From NCBI GenBank assembly GCA_965261595.1, contig CBDHDG010000004.1, positions 288,001 through 352,000 of the forward strand: a stretch of 64,000 bases of DNA. The letters run 5' to 3'. The number at the start of each line of letters is the position of its first letter. The stretch's first letter is position 1. Positions 21,166 to 31,243 of this stretch are shown one piece after another. A program made the translations under genes and the position numbers. The notes under the pieces were generated by a model that saw only the letters and a list, made by a program, of their open reading frames with translations, was not told the origin of the DNA and searched no databases. The DNA is from a bacterium. GTDB taxonomy: Bacteria; UBA8248; JACPRG01; G963555815.

Positions 21166-21557
21166 TGAGCGCAGGCGAGGCGAACCGGCAGGATGAGACG
21201 CGGAGCAAATCTCGGACGGAAACACACGGCGCACCTGGGTCGGGGAACTCCTTCATCGCGGACGGGGTCACGGTGGCGGGAAAGATTTCAGGCCAGGGCG
21301 ACCTCGTAATTGGGGGGACCGTCACAGGGGAGATCCGCCTGGCGAGGCATCAGGTGACCATCGAGAAAGGCGGGCGCGTTGAAGCCGACATTCAGGGCGA
21401 GTCCATCATCGTCGAAGGTTCGTTCAAAGGGAAGTTGACCGCGAAAGGACTGGTGATAGTCAAAAAAACGGCCCAGTGGGAAGGGGAGCTGAAGGCCGCC
21501 CGGCTTCAAATGGAAGACGGCGCAAAGCTCAAGGGGAGCGTCGAGCTGACGCAGTGA
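21165..21557 (+). CDS. Bactofilin / polymer-forming cytoskeletal protein
   Basis: Beta-helix repeats (IADGVTVAGKISGQGDLVIGGTVTGEI ... MEDGAKLKGSV); TGATG overlap with hyuB. Confidence 0.88.
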   Translation: MSAGEANRQDETRSKSRTETHGAPGSGNSFIADGVTVAGKISGQGDLVIGGTVTGEIRLARHQVTIEKGGRVEADIQGESIIVEGSFKGKLTAKGLVIVKKTAQWEGELKAARLQMEDGAKLKGSVELTQ

Positions 21558-21762
21558 TTGCTTGAAGAGGGATGTCGGAGGGGGGGGGTGATCCCGCCCG
21601 GGGCGTGACGCTCAACTTGTCAGGCGGCAGGCTTTGTCTCCATGTCCGGATTGCGGGTCGGCGGTTCGTGGGCCGGCGGAATTGACATCCGCCGGCTCGG
21701 ACAATGATTCAAAAACACCTCCATTCAACCGACGACCCTCAGCGAAGTTTTTTCGATCCAAA

Positions 21763-23159
21763 TCAGTGATCACGCCCGAACAACTCCGGCACAAACCGCC
21801 CCAGGTCGATCTCCTCCTCCCCCGGCACCCTCACCTCGTCCGGGAAACCCTCCTTCCGCGTGGCGTCGATCCCGGTCTTCGTGATGAGGTGGGAGCCGCC
21901 CGCCGGGTCGTACGACGCCGTGTCGAGCGGCGAGCCTTTGGCGTGCGTCACCATGAAGATGTCCCGGTCCGCCCGGACGCGCGTGGCGATGGCGTGCATG
22001 ACCTCGCTGTCGCTCGTGATGTCCACGTCCTCGTCCACGACGACGACGAATTTCAAGAACGGGTCCGCGACGAATGCCGCCATCGCGGCGTTCTTGGCCT
22101 CGCCCTCGATCATCTTCTCAATCGCCACGTAGCAGACGAACCGGCACCGGCCCGAAGTCGGCATGTGGACGGCCCGGACGGTCGGGGAGGCGATCTTCAC
22201 GGTCTTCAGGATGTACGTGGAGCGCGTGACGCCCGCCATGAGGAGAGGTGGTCCGGGTGGGCGGGGAAGGCGTCCTCATAGAGCGGCTCTTTGCGCATCG
22301 TGACGCACTGGACCTTCATCACCGGGCTCATCCGCTTCGGCCCGTACGTCCCCGGATACTCGCCGAAAGGCGCCTCCACCTCGCGGACGTGGGGGAGGAT
22401 CTCCCCTTCCAGGACGATCTCCGCGTGGGCCGGAACCTCCAACGGGAGCGTCTCGCACGGGACAAGCTCGACCGGCTCTTCGAGGATGCCTCCGGCCACG
22501 TGGAACTCGTCCACGTCGTACGGCGTGAAGCTCATGCACCCCAGGAACAGGCCCGGGTGGTGGCCGATGACGATCGCGATGGGGGCCGGGAGGTTGCGCT
22601 CCTCGTAATACCGGCAGATTCCGTAAGCGTGCGAGGTCTGGGAGATGAGGATGCCCAGGCGGTCCCGGCCCTGGAGCATGAGGCGGTAGATCCCCACGTT
22701 GTTGACGCCCGTCTCCGGATCCCGCGTGACGCCCAGCCCGGCCGTGATGTATTTTCCGGCGTCCTGTTCGTGATACTTGCAGATCGGAAGCAGGCCCAGG
22801 TCCACGTCCTCCGCCCGCAGGATGACCTCCTTGACCGGGCCCGTCTCGACACGCTTGGGCTCCACCGGGCGGCCCTCCCGCTCTCCGTTCACCCGCAGGA
22901 GCCCGGCCAGGTCGCCTTCGTCGGGCATCCCCAGGGCGAGCCTGAGGCGGCGCAGGCTCCCGTGAACGTTGGAGACGACGGGGATTCGGGAACCCTTCAC
23001 GTTTTCGAAGATGACAACGGAATCCCGCCCGGCCTTCTCCAACCGGCCGCGGACGCCCGCCAGCTCATAGACGGGGTCCACCGGCGCCCGGATCCGGATC
23101 ACCTCGTCCGGATGCCGCTCTTCAAGAAATTCGATGAACGCGCGAAGGTCTTTGGGCAT
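21763..23159 (-). pseudogene. UbiD-family prFMN (de)carboxylase, -1 frameshift near 22245 (likely error); HmfF-like by context
   Basis: GIYRLML, EAPFGEYPGTY, VVVVDEDVD, LDTAS, KTGIDAT; one added C in CAC CTC (C)TC CTC ATG restores a 465 aa ORF. Confidence 0.85.
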
Positions 23160-23232
23160 GTTTCATCTTCTCAGGGGGATCCTGGGAAAGAGCCGGCACT
23201 CTCTGAGGTCCAAGCGGATCCGCGTCCGCCGA

Positions 23233-24099
23233 TCACCCGTTCGGTTTTCCGGCCAGCCCCAGAATCCGCGCGGCGTTGCCGCCGAGGATGAGCCGCACCG
23301 TCTCATCTGAATAACCCAGGCCCCGGACCGCCGCGATGTTTTGCGCGACCGTCTTCGGAACGCCGGGCCAGTCCGTGCCGAAGATAAACTTCGCCGGCAG
23401 GCGCTCGAGCTCGGGGAAATATTGCGGGATCTTCTTCACCGGCAGACCGCACAGGTCGATGTAAACGTTTTCGTGAATCCGGCACAGCGTAAAGGACCGG
23501 TCGAACCAGAACGTCCGCCCGCCGTGACACTGGATGAGCGTCAGGTTGGGGAAGTCCACGGCCACGTCGTCCAAGTAGAGGGGATCTGAATATTTCAGGC
23601 GGGAGCCGCGCAGGACCGATGTCCCGGTGTGGAACATGACGGGCAGACCCAGCCTCTCCGCCTCCGCGTAGACGGGATAGAGCTTGCGATCGTTGGGATA
23701 GAAATACTGGTAGTTGGGATAAAGCTTCACGCCCCGGATGGCCCACCCATCGTCCCGCTCGGCCAGGTCCCGGACGACGCGCCCGGGCCGGTGGTCCATA
23801 TACGGGTTGACCGACCCGAAGGGGATCAGGCGCTCGGACGCGACGCAGAATTCCATGACCCGCTCGTTCGTCGCCATTCCCGCCGAGATGGGAGAGGTTT
23901 CCGCGAGGATGACGGCGTAATCCACGCCGTTCTCATCCAGGTGGGCGAGGACCTGATGGGGCGCGCCGTACCGCTCGACCAGCTCCTCATAAGGCATGCC
24001 CTGAAGCTGGGCCAGATAATCCTTGTAGATCTCGTCGATGTCTTCGTATTTCACCAAGTGGTTATGAAAATCCACCACCGGGTCATCGGATTCGGACAA
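23233..24099 (-). CDS. Amidohydrolase_2 family protein
   Basis: VDFHNH, GVKLYP, MFHTG, CHGG, FGTDWP, ILGGNAARIL. Confidence 0.88.
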   Translation of the reverse strand: MSESDDPVVDFHNHLVKYEDIDEIYKDYLAQLQGMPYEELVERYGAPHQVLAHLDENGVDYAVILAETSPISAGMATNERVMEFCVASERLIPFGSVNPYMDHRPGRVVRDLAERDDGWAIRGVKLYPNYQYFYPNDRKLYPVYAEAERLGLPVMFHTGTSVLRGSRLKYSDPLYLDDVAVDFPNLTLIQCHGGRTFWFDRSFTLCRIHENVYIDLCGLPVKKIPQYFPELERLPAKFIFGTDWPGVPKTVAQNIAAVRGLGYSDETVRLILGGNAARILGLAGKPNG

Positions 24100-24334
24100 G
24101 GGTTCAGCATCCTTTCAAGCGGGATTGCGAATCAAGCGGCGTTCACCCGAAACAGCCGGACCCTAGCAATTCCTCCGGGCGGGTGTCAATGGAGATCGCC
24201 GGCGAACCCCCCCCATACACGGTATCTCGCGAGATTGGCTTCCAGTCCGGCCTTTGGTAACATCGCCGGGATTCCAGCCGATATCTCCGCGCCTTGAAGA
24301 ACGGCCCCGGCTCAAGGCTTACACCCGAGCGCCC

Positions 24335-25903
24335 ATGGACCTGATTCACCGGCTCGAACTATCCGTCCTCCGTCACCCGGACCGTGAGTTTCTGGTCGAC
24401 GGCCCCCTGCGCCTGACTTACGCCGAGTGGGACCGCGGAGCCAACCGCGCGGCCCGGGCCTACCGGTCGTTGGGAGTCCGCCGCGGGGACCACGTCCTTC
24501 TGGCCCTTCGAAACCGAGAGGAGCTCATCACCTCCTGGTACGGTCTCATGAAGCTCGGGGCCGTCGCGACGCCGGTCAACCACCGGTTCAGCCCGGGGGA
24601 GATCGCGTTCGTCGCCAATGACGCCGAAGCCAAGGTCTTCGTCTTCGAGGAGGTCTCGCGCGAAGCGGGTGTCCGGGCGTCCGCCGACCTCCCCGGCGGA
24701 TGCCGGAAGGTCTACTGCGACGCCGAAATTCCGGACGGCTGCGAACCCCTCTCCGGCCTCTTGGCCGCTCAAGCCGACGCCCCCCCCGGCGAAAAAATCA
24801 CCGACGACCTCCCCTGCCTCATGCTTTACACCTCCGGGACGACCGGCCGGCCCAAGGGCGTCCCCCGCCTCCAACGCGCCCAGGACGCCAGCGCCCTCGC
24901 CCACGCCGTCCAGTGCGGCTACGCCCTGGGCGAACGGACGCTGGGAGTCATGCCGCTCTATCACGTCATGGGCGTCGTCTCCCTCATGACGATGGTCCTG
25001 CTGAGCGGGGCGTTCATCGTGATGCGCGGGTTCGACGCCGAAGGCGCCGCGGCGCTCATTTCCCGGGAGCGAATCTCCTCCCTCTATCTCATCCCGACGC
25101 TTTTTCACGAGCTGCTGCGCGCCGGGAGCATCGGCGACCACGACCTTTCGTCCGTCCGCCGGCTGGCCTTCGCGGGCGCGCCCATGACGCGGGCGCTCGT
25201 CGAGGCCCTGGCGGACCGCTTCTACCCCGAGGTCTTCACGAACCATTACGGGAGCACGGAGATCTATACGTTCTCGATCAATCAGAACCTGCGCGCGAAG
25301 CCCTCCTCGGCGGGCCGGCCCGGCATCGGCTCGGCGCTGCGAATCGTCCGGGCCGACCCCGATGGGCGCGTCTCCGCCGATGAAATCCTCCCCCGAGGCG
25401 AAGTGGGCGAAATCATCGCGGACATGCGGAGCGAGGAGGCGTTCCGGGGCTACTGGCGCAGGCCCGACGCGGATGAAAAGGCATTCCGCGACGGCTGGTA
25501 CTTCACCCGCGACATGGGTTATGAGGACGAAGATGGCGACCTCTTCGTGACCGGCCGCGTGGACGACATGATCATCTCCGGCGGGGAGAACATCTATCCA
25601 ACAGAGGTGGAGGACATCCTGGCCCGTCACCCGAGGGTGATCGAGTCCGCGGTCATCGGCGTCGAGGACCCCAAATGGGGCCAAGTCGTCACAGCGTTCG
25701 TCGTTCCCGCCCAAGGGGGGGAGGGGGGGGAGGAGGAGGGGCTAACGCCCGGGGACATCGACCGGCATTGCCGCGAGCAGCCCGACTTCTCCGACTTCAA
25801 GCGGCCGCGCAAGGTGGTCTTCATCAAGAAAGTCCCCCGGACGGCCTCCGGGAAGATCCTCCGGCGGATGTTGAGGGCGGGGGAGTATGAGCTTGATTCG
25901 TAA
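24335..25903 (+). CDS. hmfD: 2-furoate--CoA ligase-like acyl-CoA synthetase
   Basis: [60 protein letters not shown] match HmfD-type ligases as I recall them; gene context agrees. Confidence 0.72.
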   Translation: MDLIHRLELSVLRHPDREFLVDGPLRLTYAEWDRGANRAARAYRSLGVRRGDHVLLALRNREELITSWYGLMKLGAVATPVNHRFSPGEIAFVANDAEAKVFVFEEVSREAGVRASADLPGGCRKVYCDAEIPDGCEPLSGLLAAQADAPPGEKITDDLPCLMLYTSGTTGRPKGVPRLQRAQDASALAHAVQCGYALGERTLGVMPLYHVMGVVSLMTMVLLSGAFIVMRGFDAEGAAALISRERISSLYLIPTLFHELLRAGSIGDHDLSSVRRLAFAGAPMTRALVEALADRFYPEVFTNHYGSTEIYTFSINQNLRAKPSSAGRPGIGSALRIVRADPDGRVSADEILPRGEVGEIIADMRSEEAFRGYWRRPDADEKAFRDGWYFTRDMGYEDEDGDLFVTGRVDDMIISGGENIYPTEVEDILARHPRVIESAVIGVEDPKWGQVVTAFVVPAQGGEGGEEEGLTPGDIDRHCREQPDFSDFKRPRKVVFIKKVPRTASGKILRRMLRAGEYELDS

Positions 25904-26062
25904 AACGGGACCGGGACTGTCGCGTCATTCCCCTCACAGCGCGGGTCGGGCGAGCCGGGATTCCTCGTCGGGTCCTTCGGCCCCCATTCGGAATGAGATC
26001 AATGGGCCGGTTTCCCTTGAAAAATCGCCGCCGTATACACACACTACCCACGGAGACGCCGA

Positions 26063-26833
26063 ATGGGAAAGATCCGCGTTGAACGAACCCACGAGGGGCT
26101 CGCCGCGAGGGTCCTCATCGACCGCCCCGACAAGATGAACGCCATGACGATCGATATGCGCGCGGCGTTCGGAGAAGCCGTCCACGAGCTGGGCGGCGAC
26201 GAAAAAGTCCGCGCCATCGTCGTCCGGGGCGTCGGCGACAAGGCGTTCTCCGCCGGGGGCGACGTCGCCCAGTTCCTCGACCTCGCGCCGCGCGACCTGG
26301 TGGACTGGGGGAAGGAGATGGAGGCCGCCGAGGCCTGCCCGAAGCCCGTCATCGCGGCCATCGACGGATTCTGCCTCGGGGCCGGGTTCGAGCTGGCCCT
26401 GGCGTGCGACATCCGGATCGCTACGGACCGCTCGCTGTTCGGCCTCCCCGAGGTCCGCCTGGGGATGATGCCCGGCAGCGGGGGAAGCCAGCGGCTCCTG
26501 CGCCTCATCGGCCCGGGCCGCGCCAAATACTGGCTCCTGACCGGACGCCGGATGGACGCGGCCGAGGCGGAGCGGATCGGGATTGTCTCGAAGGTCACGC
26601 CCCCGGGGGACCTCGACGCGGCCGTCGAGGAGCTGGTCGGGGAGTTCCTGAAGCTCTCTCCCCTCTCGCTGCGCGTCCTCAAGCGCACCCTCCACGAGGG
26701 CGCGGACGCCCCCCTCGGGACCGCCCTCGAGCTGGAGCGCAAGGCGTACGCCTACCTCCGGTCCACGCGGGATTATGAAGAAGGGGTGCGGTCCTTCATC
26801 GAGAAGCGCCCGCCGAAGTTCGAGGGAAAATGA
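26063..26833 (+). CDS. hmfE: Crotonase-family protein, 2-oxoglutaroyl-CoA hydrolase-like
   Basis: FSAGGD, GFELALACD, PGSGGS, LRSTRDYEEGV; follows the hmfD-like gene. Confidence 0.65.
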   Translation: MGKIRVERTHEGLAARVLIDRPDKMNAMTIDMRAAFGEAVHELGGDEKVRAIVVRGVGDKAFSAGGDVAQFLDLAPRDLVDWGKEMEAAEACPKPVIAAIDGFCLGAGFELALACDIRIATDRSLFGLPEVRLGMMPGSGGSQRLLRLIGPGRAKYWLLTGRRMDAAEAERIGIVSKVTPPGDLDAAVEELVGEFLKLSPLSLRVLKRTLHEGADAPLGTALELERKAYAYLRSTRDYEEGVRSFIEKRPPKFEGK

Positions 26834-26888
26834 GACGTTGAATTCAGATACACCGACGGATCTCTCGCCTGTTCCCCCATAGGGGAAG

Positions 26889-26948
26889 AAAAAGGGGACA
26901 GATCTATTTTGGGGGAGAAACAGTGAAAAATAGATCTGTCCCCTTTTT
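26889..26948. repeat. Perfect 22-bp inverted repeat (REP/MITE-like; may act as a terminator)
   Basis: aaaaaggggacagatctatttt - 16 nt - aaaatagatctgtccccttttt, followed by T-runs. Confidence 0.9.
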
Positions 26949-27031
26949 GTGCTTTTTTGTGCCTCACCCCAACAGGAACTTCAAGAGTTGTCGCGTTGCG
27001 TGAGCTGGCGCCCCCGACCTCCACCGGGCGA

Positions 27032-27060
27032 TTGGATTCTCAAGCGATATCTGCTAACCT
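27032..27060 (+). promoter_or_regulatory. Sigma70-type promoter with extended -10
   Basis: TTGGAT - 17 nt - TAACCT preceded by TGn, about 100 nt before the hmfA-like start. Confidence 0.55.
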
Positions 27061-27163
27061 GAACCGGGTCACGCCGGGGTAATCTCCCGCGCGAAACAGC
27101 GTTCAGGCGCGGACCTTTATCCGGTTTCGTCACGAGCCAGACCCAAACGCCGAGGAGCAGCGC

Positions 27164-29626
27164 ATGTCTGAAACGGCCACACCTCCGTCCGGGCCTCAGA
27201 CCTGGGTCGGCCGTAGCATTCGCCGCTCGGAAGACAAAAGGCTCATCACCGGACGGGGACACTACACCGACGACATCAAGCTCCCCGGGATGCACCATGC
27301 CGCCGTCCTGCGCAGCCCCTACCCCCACGCGGCCATCCGATCCATCGACTCTGCTGAAGCCCTGAAAATGCCGGGCGTGCGGGGGGTCCTGACGGGCGAC
27401 GACGTGAAGGCGATGTCCAGCCCCTTCCCCCAGGCCGTGGACGAGCCGCTCAAGTATTACTGCATCGCCGTGGACCGGGCGCGCTACGTGGGCGAGGGCG
27501 TGGCCGTCGTCGTGGCCGAAAACCGGTATCTGGCCGAGGACGCGCTGAGCGCCGTCCGGGTGGAGTACGAGGTCCTGCCCGCCGTCGTTGACGTAGAGAA
27601 GGCCGTCGAAGCGGACGCCCCCCTCCTCCATCCCGATATCGGGACCAACATCATCAACCAACGGGCGCTGCGCTACGGGGATCCCGATGCCGCCTTCGCC
27701 GACGCCGACGTGATCGTCTCGGAGCGGTTCTCGTTCCCCAAGTACTCCTCCACACCGATGGAGACCTTCGTCGCCATCGGGGAGTACGAGCCCATCGAGG
27801 ACATCATCACGATCCATTCCAACTTTCAGGGGCCCTTTACGATGCATCCCGTGTCGGCGGCGGCGCTCCGGATTCCGGAAAACCGCCTCCGCTTCATCGT
27901 CCCCACGGACATCGGCGGGGGCTTCGGGATCAAGTCCAGCATGTTCCCCCAAATGGTCATGGTCGCCCTGGCGGCGAAGAAAACGGGCGTCCCGGTGAAG
28001 TTCGTCGAGGACCGGATGGAGCACCTCATGTCCAGCTCGAGCGGGACCGACCGAGTCACGTACATCGAGATCGCCGCCAGGAAGGACGGAACGATCCTGG
28101 GCGTCCGAAAGAAGACGATGGACAACGTCGGGGCCTATCTCAGGAGTCCGGAGCCGGCGTGCACGTACCGGACGGTAGGCAACCAGCTCGGCGCGTACGA
28201 CATCGCGAATCTCGCGTGGGACACCTACGTCGTCCACACCAACAAGAGCCCCACGGGACCCAATCGCGGCTACGGCTGCCAGCAGCTCTATTTCGAGATG
28301 GAGCGGATCATCGATCTCCTGGCGAATGAGATCGGGATGGACCCGGCGGAAATCCGCCGCAAGAACATGGTCCAAAAGGACCAGTTCCCCTATCACACGG
28401 CCACGGGCGGCATCTACGACGCGGGGGATTACGTCGCGTGTCTGGACATGGCCCTGGAGATGGGGGACTACACAGGGCTGCGAAAGGAGCAGGAGAAGGC
28501 GCGGAAAGCGGGCAGGCTGTTCGGCATCGGCCTGGCGACGGTCGTCGACCCCTCGGTTACGAACATCGCCTACATCACCGTGGCGTACACGCCCGAGTTC
28601 CGGGCTGAGAAGAAGTACAACCCGAAATCCGGCTCGGGGGAGACGGCCGTCGTCAAGATGGACCCCCTGGGGCACGTCAGCGTCATCATCAACACCGTCC
28701 CCGAGGGCCAGGGGCACGAGACGGTGGTGTCGCAGATCGTCGCCGACGAGCTGACGATTTCCCCGGACGACATCCGCGTCATCGCCGGCATCGACACCTT
28801 CACCCGGTTCTGGAGCATCACGACCGGGACGTACTCCAGCCGGTTCGCCTCGGTGGGAACCAGCGCCGTCGTCCTGGCCGCGCGGCGCGTCAAGGATAAA
28901 CTCATCGCCATCGCCGCCCACGAGCTCGAAGCCGACGCGAAGGACCTGGAGGTCGCCGAAGGGGCCGTCCGGGTCAAAGGGTCGCCGGAGCGGAGACGGT
29001 CCATCCGAAGGCTGGCGGGCACGGCCCACTGGAACCAGGGCGACCTCCCCGAAGGAATGGAGCCCGGCATCCAGGCGACATACACGTACAACTTCCCGAC
29101 TTCCACGGCCCCGGACAAAAAGGACCGGGTGGACTCATCGGCCACGTACGGCTTCATCGCCGATTTGGCCGCCGTCGAGATCGACCCGCGGACCGGTCAA
29201 ATCGAGATCAAGAAGTACGTCACGATCCACGACTGCGGGAAGCTCATCAACCCGATGATCGTCGAGGGGCAGGTGTACGGCAGCTTCCTGCACGGCCTGG
29301 GCGGGGCGTTCTTCGAGGAAATGGCCTACGACGAGAGCGGCCAGTACCTGACCGGGTCCTTCATCGACTACATGTGCCCGACCGCCGCGGAGATGCCCGA
29401 GCTGGACGTGGGACACATCGAGATCCCCTCCCCCGTCACGGTCCTGGGCTCGAAAGGCTGCGGGGAGTCCTGCACGATGAGCGTTCCGGCCTGCCTCGCA
29501 AGCGCCGTCGCCGACGCGCTCAAACCCCTGGGGGCGACGGTCAAGCGCCTTCCCCTCAAGCCCAACGATGTCTGGCAGCTCATCCAGGACGCCAAGGACG
29601 AACAGGCGAATGAAACAATTATGTAG
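27164..29626 (+). CDS. hmfA: 2-furoyl-CoA dehydrogenase-like molybdopterin large subunit
   Basis: IGGGFGIK, GPNRGYGCQQLYF, VVDPSVTNIAYIT, GQGHET, WSITTGTYSSRF, KGCGES. Confidence 0.72.
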   Translation: MSETATPPSGPQTWVGRSIRRSEDKRLITGRGHYTDDIKLPGMHHAAVLRSPYPHAAIRSIDSAEALKMPGVRGVLTGDDVKAMSSPFPQAVDEPLKYYCIAVDRARYVGEGVAVVVAENRYLAEDALSAVRVEYEVLPAVVDVEKAVEADAPLLHPDIGTNIINQRALRYGDPDAAFADADVIVSERFSFPKYSSTPMETFVAIGEYEPIEDIITIHSNFQGPFTMHPVSAAALRIPENRLRFIVPTDIGGGFGIKSSMFPQMVMVALAAKKTGVPVKFVEDRMEHLMSSSSGTDRVTYIEIAARKDGTILGVRKKTMDNVGAYLRSPEPACTYRTVGNQLGAYDIANLAWDTYVVHTNKSPTGPNRGYGCQQLYFEMERIIDLLANEIGMDPAEIRRKNMVQKDQFPYHTATGGIYDAGDYVACLDMALEMGDYTGLRKEQEKARKAGRLFGIGLATVVDPSVTNIAYITVAYTPEFRAEKKYNPKSGSGETAVVKMDPLGHVSVIINTVPEGQGHETVVSQIVADELTISPDDIRVIAGIDTFTRFWSITTGTYSSRFASVGTSAVVLAARRVKDKLIAIAAHELEADAKDLEVAEGAVRVKGSPERRRSIRRLAGTAHWNQGDLPEGMEPGIQATYTYNFPTSTAPDKKDRVDSSATYGFIADLAAVEIDPRTGQIEIKKYVTIHDCGKLINPMIVEGQVYGSFLHGLGGAFFEEMAYDESGQYLTGSFIDYMCPTAAEMPELDVGHIEIPSPVTVLGSKGCGESCTMSVPACLASAVADALKPLGATVKRLPLKPNDVWQLIQDAKDEQANETIM

Positions 29627-29637
29627 ACAACACAGAT

Positions 29638-29692
29638 CCGGGGGGGGCTTTTTTGAAAAACCGCCCCCCCGGCCCCCCCTGAGAAACTTTCT
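29638..29692. repeat. Imperfect hairpin / extragenic repeat inside the Mo-hydroxylase operon
   Basis: ccgggggggg-cttttttgaaaaaccg-cccccccgg followed by cccccctgagaaactttc. Confidence 0.5.
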
Positions 29693-29855
29693 GCGGCCAA
29701 CCCTTTGGGTTGGCCTTACTGGGGTGGATGGTGATTTGGCTAAGCAAACCGTCTGTGGCCAGCAACGGATCATGGGCCGATTTTCTTCCGATTAGGTGAG
29801 GCGGGTGCGGGTCGGTTGACCCTCTAGCCCGCGCCCCACCGCCGTTAAGGCGTAA

Positions 29856-30731
29856 ATGAAACCGCCAATCTTCAAATATATACGGGTCGACACCGTCGAG
29901 GCGGCCTTAGCCATCCTGGCCGAGCACGGCGGCGACGCCAAAATTCTGGCCGGCGGACAGAGCCTCGTCCCGATGCTGAACTTCCGCCTCGCCGCGCCTG
30001 CCATCCTCGTGGACATCAACCCCGTGACCAAGCTGGATTACATCCAGGCCGGGAACGGGAGTCTCCGCATCGGCGCGCGGACGCGGCAGCGGACGCTGGA
30101 GTCCTCTCCCGAAGTCGAGGCGAATTGCCCGCTCCTGCGCGCGTGCGCGAAGTGGATCGGCCACACCCAGATCCGCAACCGGGGAACCGTCGGGGGCAGT
30201 CTCGTACACGGCGACCCGACGGCGGAGCTGGCCCTCGTCGCGATGCTCCTGGACGCCGAGATGGTTATCCAAAAGCGGGACGCGACCCGGACCGCCGCGC
30301 CGGCGGACTTCTTCGAAAGCTTCATGACAACGGACATCGCCGAGGATGAGCTCCTCACCGAGGTGAGATTCCCGGCCGCGCTCGCGAAATCGGGCTTCGG
30401 CTTCCGGGAGCTCTGTCTCCGCCACGGCGATTTCGCCGTCGTCGCCGCGGCCGCCCACGTTACCCTCGACGACCAAGGACGGTGCGCCGAAGCGCGCGCG
30501 GCCGTCTCGGGCGCGGGCCCCTCGGCCCTGCGCCTCCGGGGGGCGGAAGCGGCGCTCCGGGGGGGGGACGGGAGTCCCGAGAACCTGGACGACGCTTCGG
30601 AGAGTGTCCCGGCCGAGGTCCATCCGATCCCCGACTTGAAAGGAAGCGAGACCTACCGGCGGGAGATGGCCAAGGTGTTCGTCCGCCGGGCGCTGGAAGA
30701 CGCCTGGACGATGGCGAGGGAGAGTCGTTGA
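29856..30731 (+). CDS. hmfB: FAD-binding medium subunit
   Basis: LAGGQSLVPMLNFR, IRNRGTVGGSLVHGDP, LRHGDFA; symbol from context. Confidence 0.75.
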   Translation: MKPPIFKYIRVDTVEAALAILAEHGGDAKILAGGQSLVPMLNFRLAAPAILVDINPVTKLDYIQAGNGSLRIGARTRQRTLESSPEVEANCPLLRACAKWIGHTQIRNRGTVGGSLVHGDPTAELALVAMLLDAEMVIQKRDATRTAAPADFFESFMTTDIAEDELLTEVRFPAALAKSGFGFRELCLRHGDFAVVAAAAHVTLDDQGRCAEARAAVSGAGPSALRLRGAEAALRGGDGSPENLDDASESVPAEVHPIPDLKGSETYRREMAKVFVRRALEDAWTMARESR

Positions 30732-30732
30732 G

Positions 30733-31239
30733 ATGAACGAAGCGTTTCCCATCCAGGTCCGGGTGAACGGCGTCGAGTACGCCCGGACCGTCGAGCCGCG
30801 CCTCCTGCTCTCCGATTTCCTGCGCGAGGACCTCGGCTTGACGGGGACGCACGTCGGATGCGAGCACGGCATTTGCGGGTGCTGCACCATCCGGGTCGGC
30901 GGCGACACGGTCCGCTCCTGTCTGATGTTCGCCGTTCAGGCGGACGGACTCGAAGTCACGACGATCGAGGGCCTGGCGGACAGCGCCGCGCTTCACCCGA
31001 TCCAGGAGGCCTTCTGGACAAATCACGGGCTTCAGTGCGGGTTCTGCACACCCGGGATGCTCTTCTGCGCGCTCGAGCTTCTCAAAGAGAACCCGGACCC
31101 CTCGGACCGGGAAATCCGGGAGGGGATCTCCGGAACGATCTGCCGTTGCACCGGCTACCACCACATTGTGCTGGCGGTGAAAGATGCCGCCGCCGGATGG
31201 CCGGAGGGGGGGGAGGGGGGGATTCCAGGTAGGGGATGA
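30733..31239 (+). CDS. hmfC: 2x[2Fe-2S] small subunit
   Basis: GCEHGICGCCT, QCGFCTPG, ICRCTGY; symbol from context. Confidence 0.75.
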   Translation: MNEAFPIQVRVNGVEYARTVEPRLLLSDFLREDLGLTGTHVGCEHGICGCCTIRVGGDTVRSCLMFAVQADGLEVTTIEGLADSAALHPIQEAFWTNHGLQCGFCTPGMLFCALELLKENPDPSDREIREGISGTICRCTGYHHIVLAVKDAAAGWPEGGEGGIPGRG

Positions 31240-31243
31240 CAAC

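Noticed and set aside
27058..27107. Moco riboswitch before the hmfA-like gene (cctgaac/gttcagg pairing)
   Set aside because: The 5' arm overlaps the predicted -10 box, and I could not match the Moco consensus
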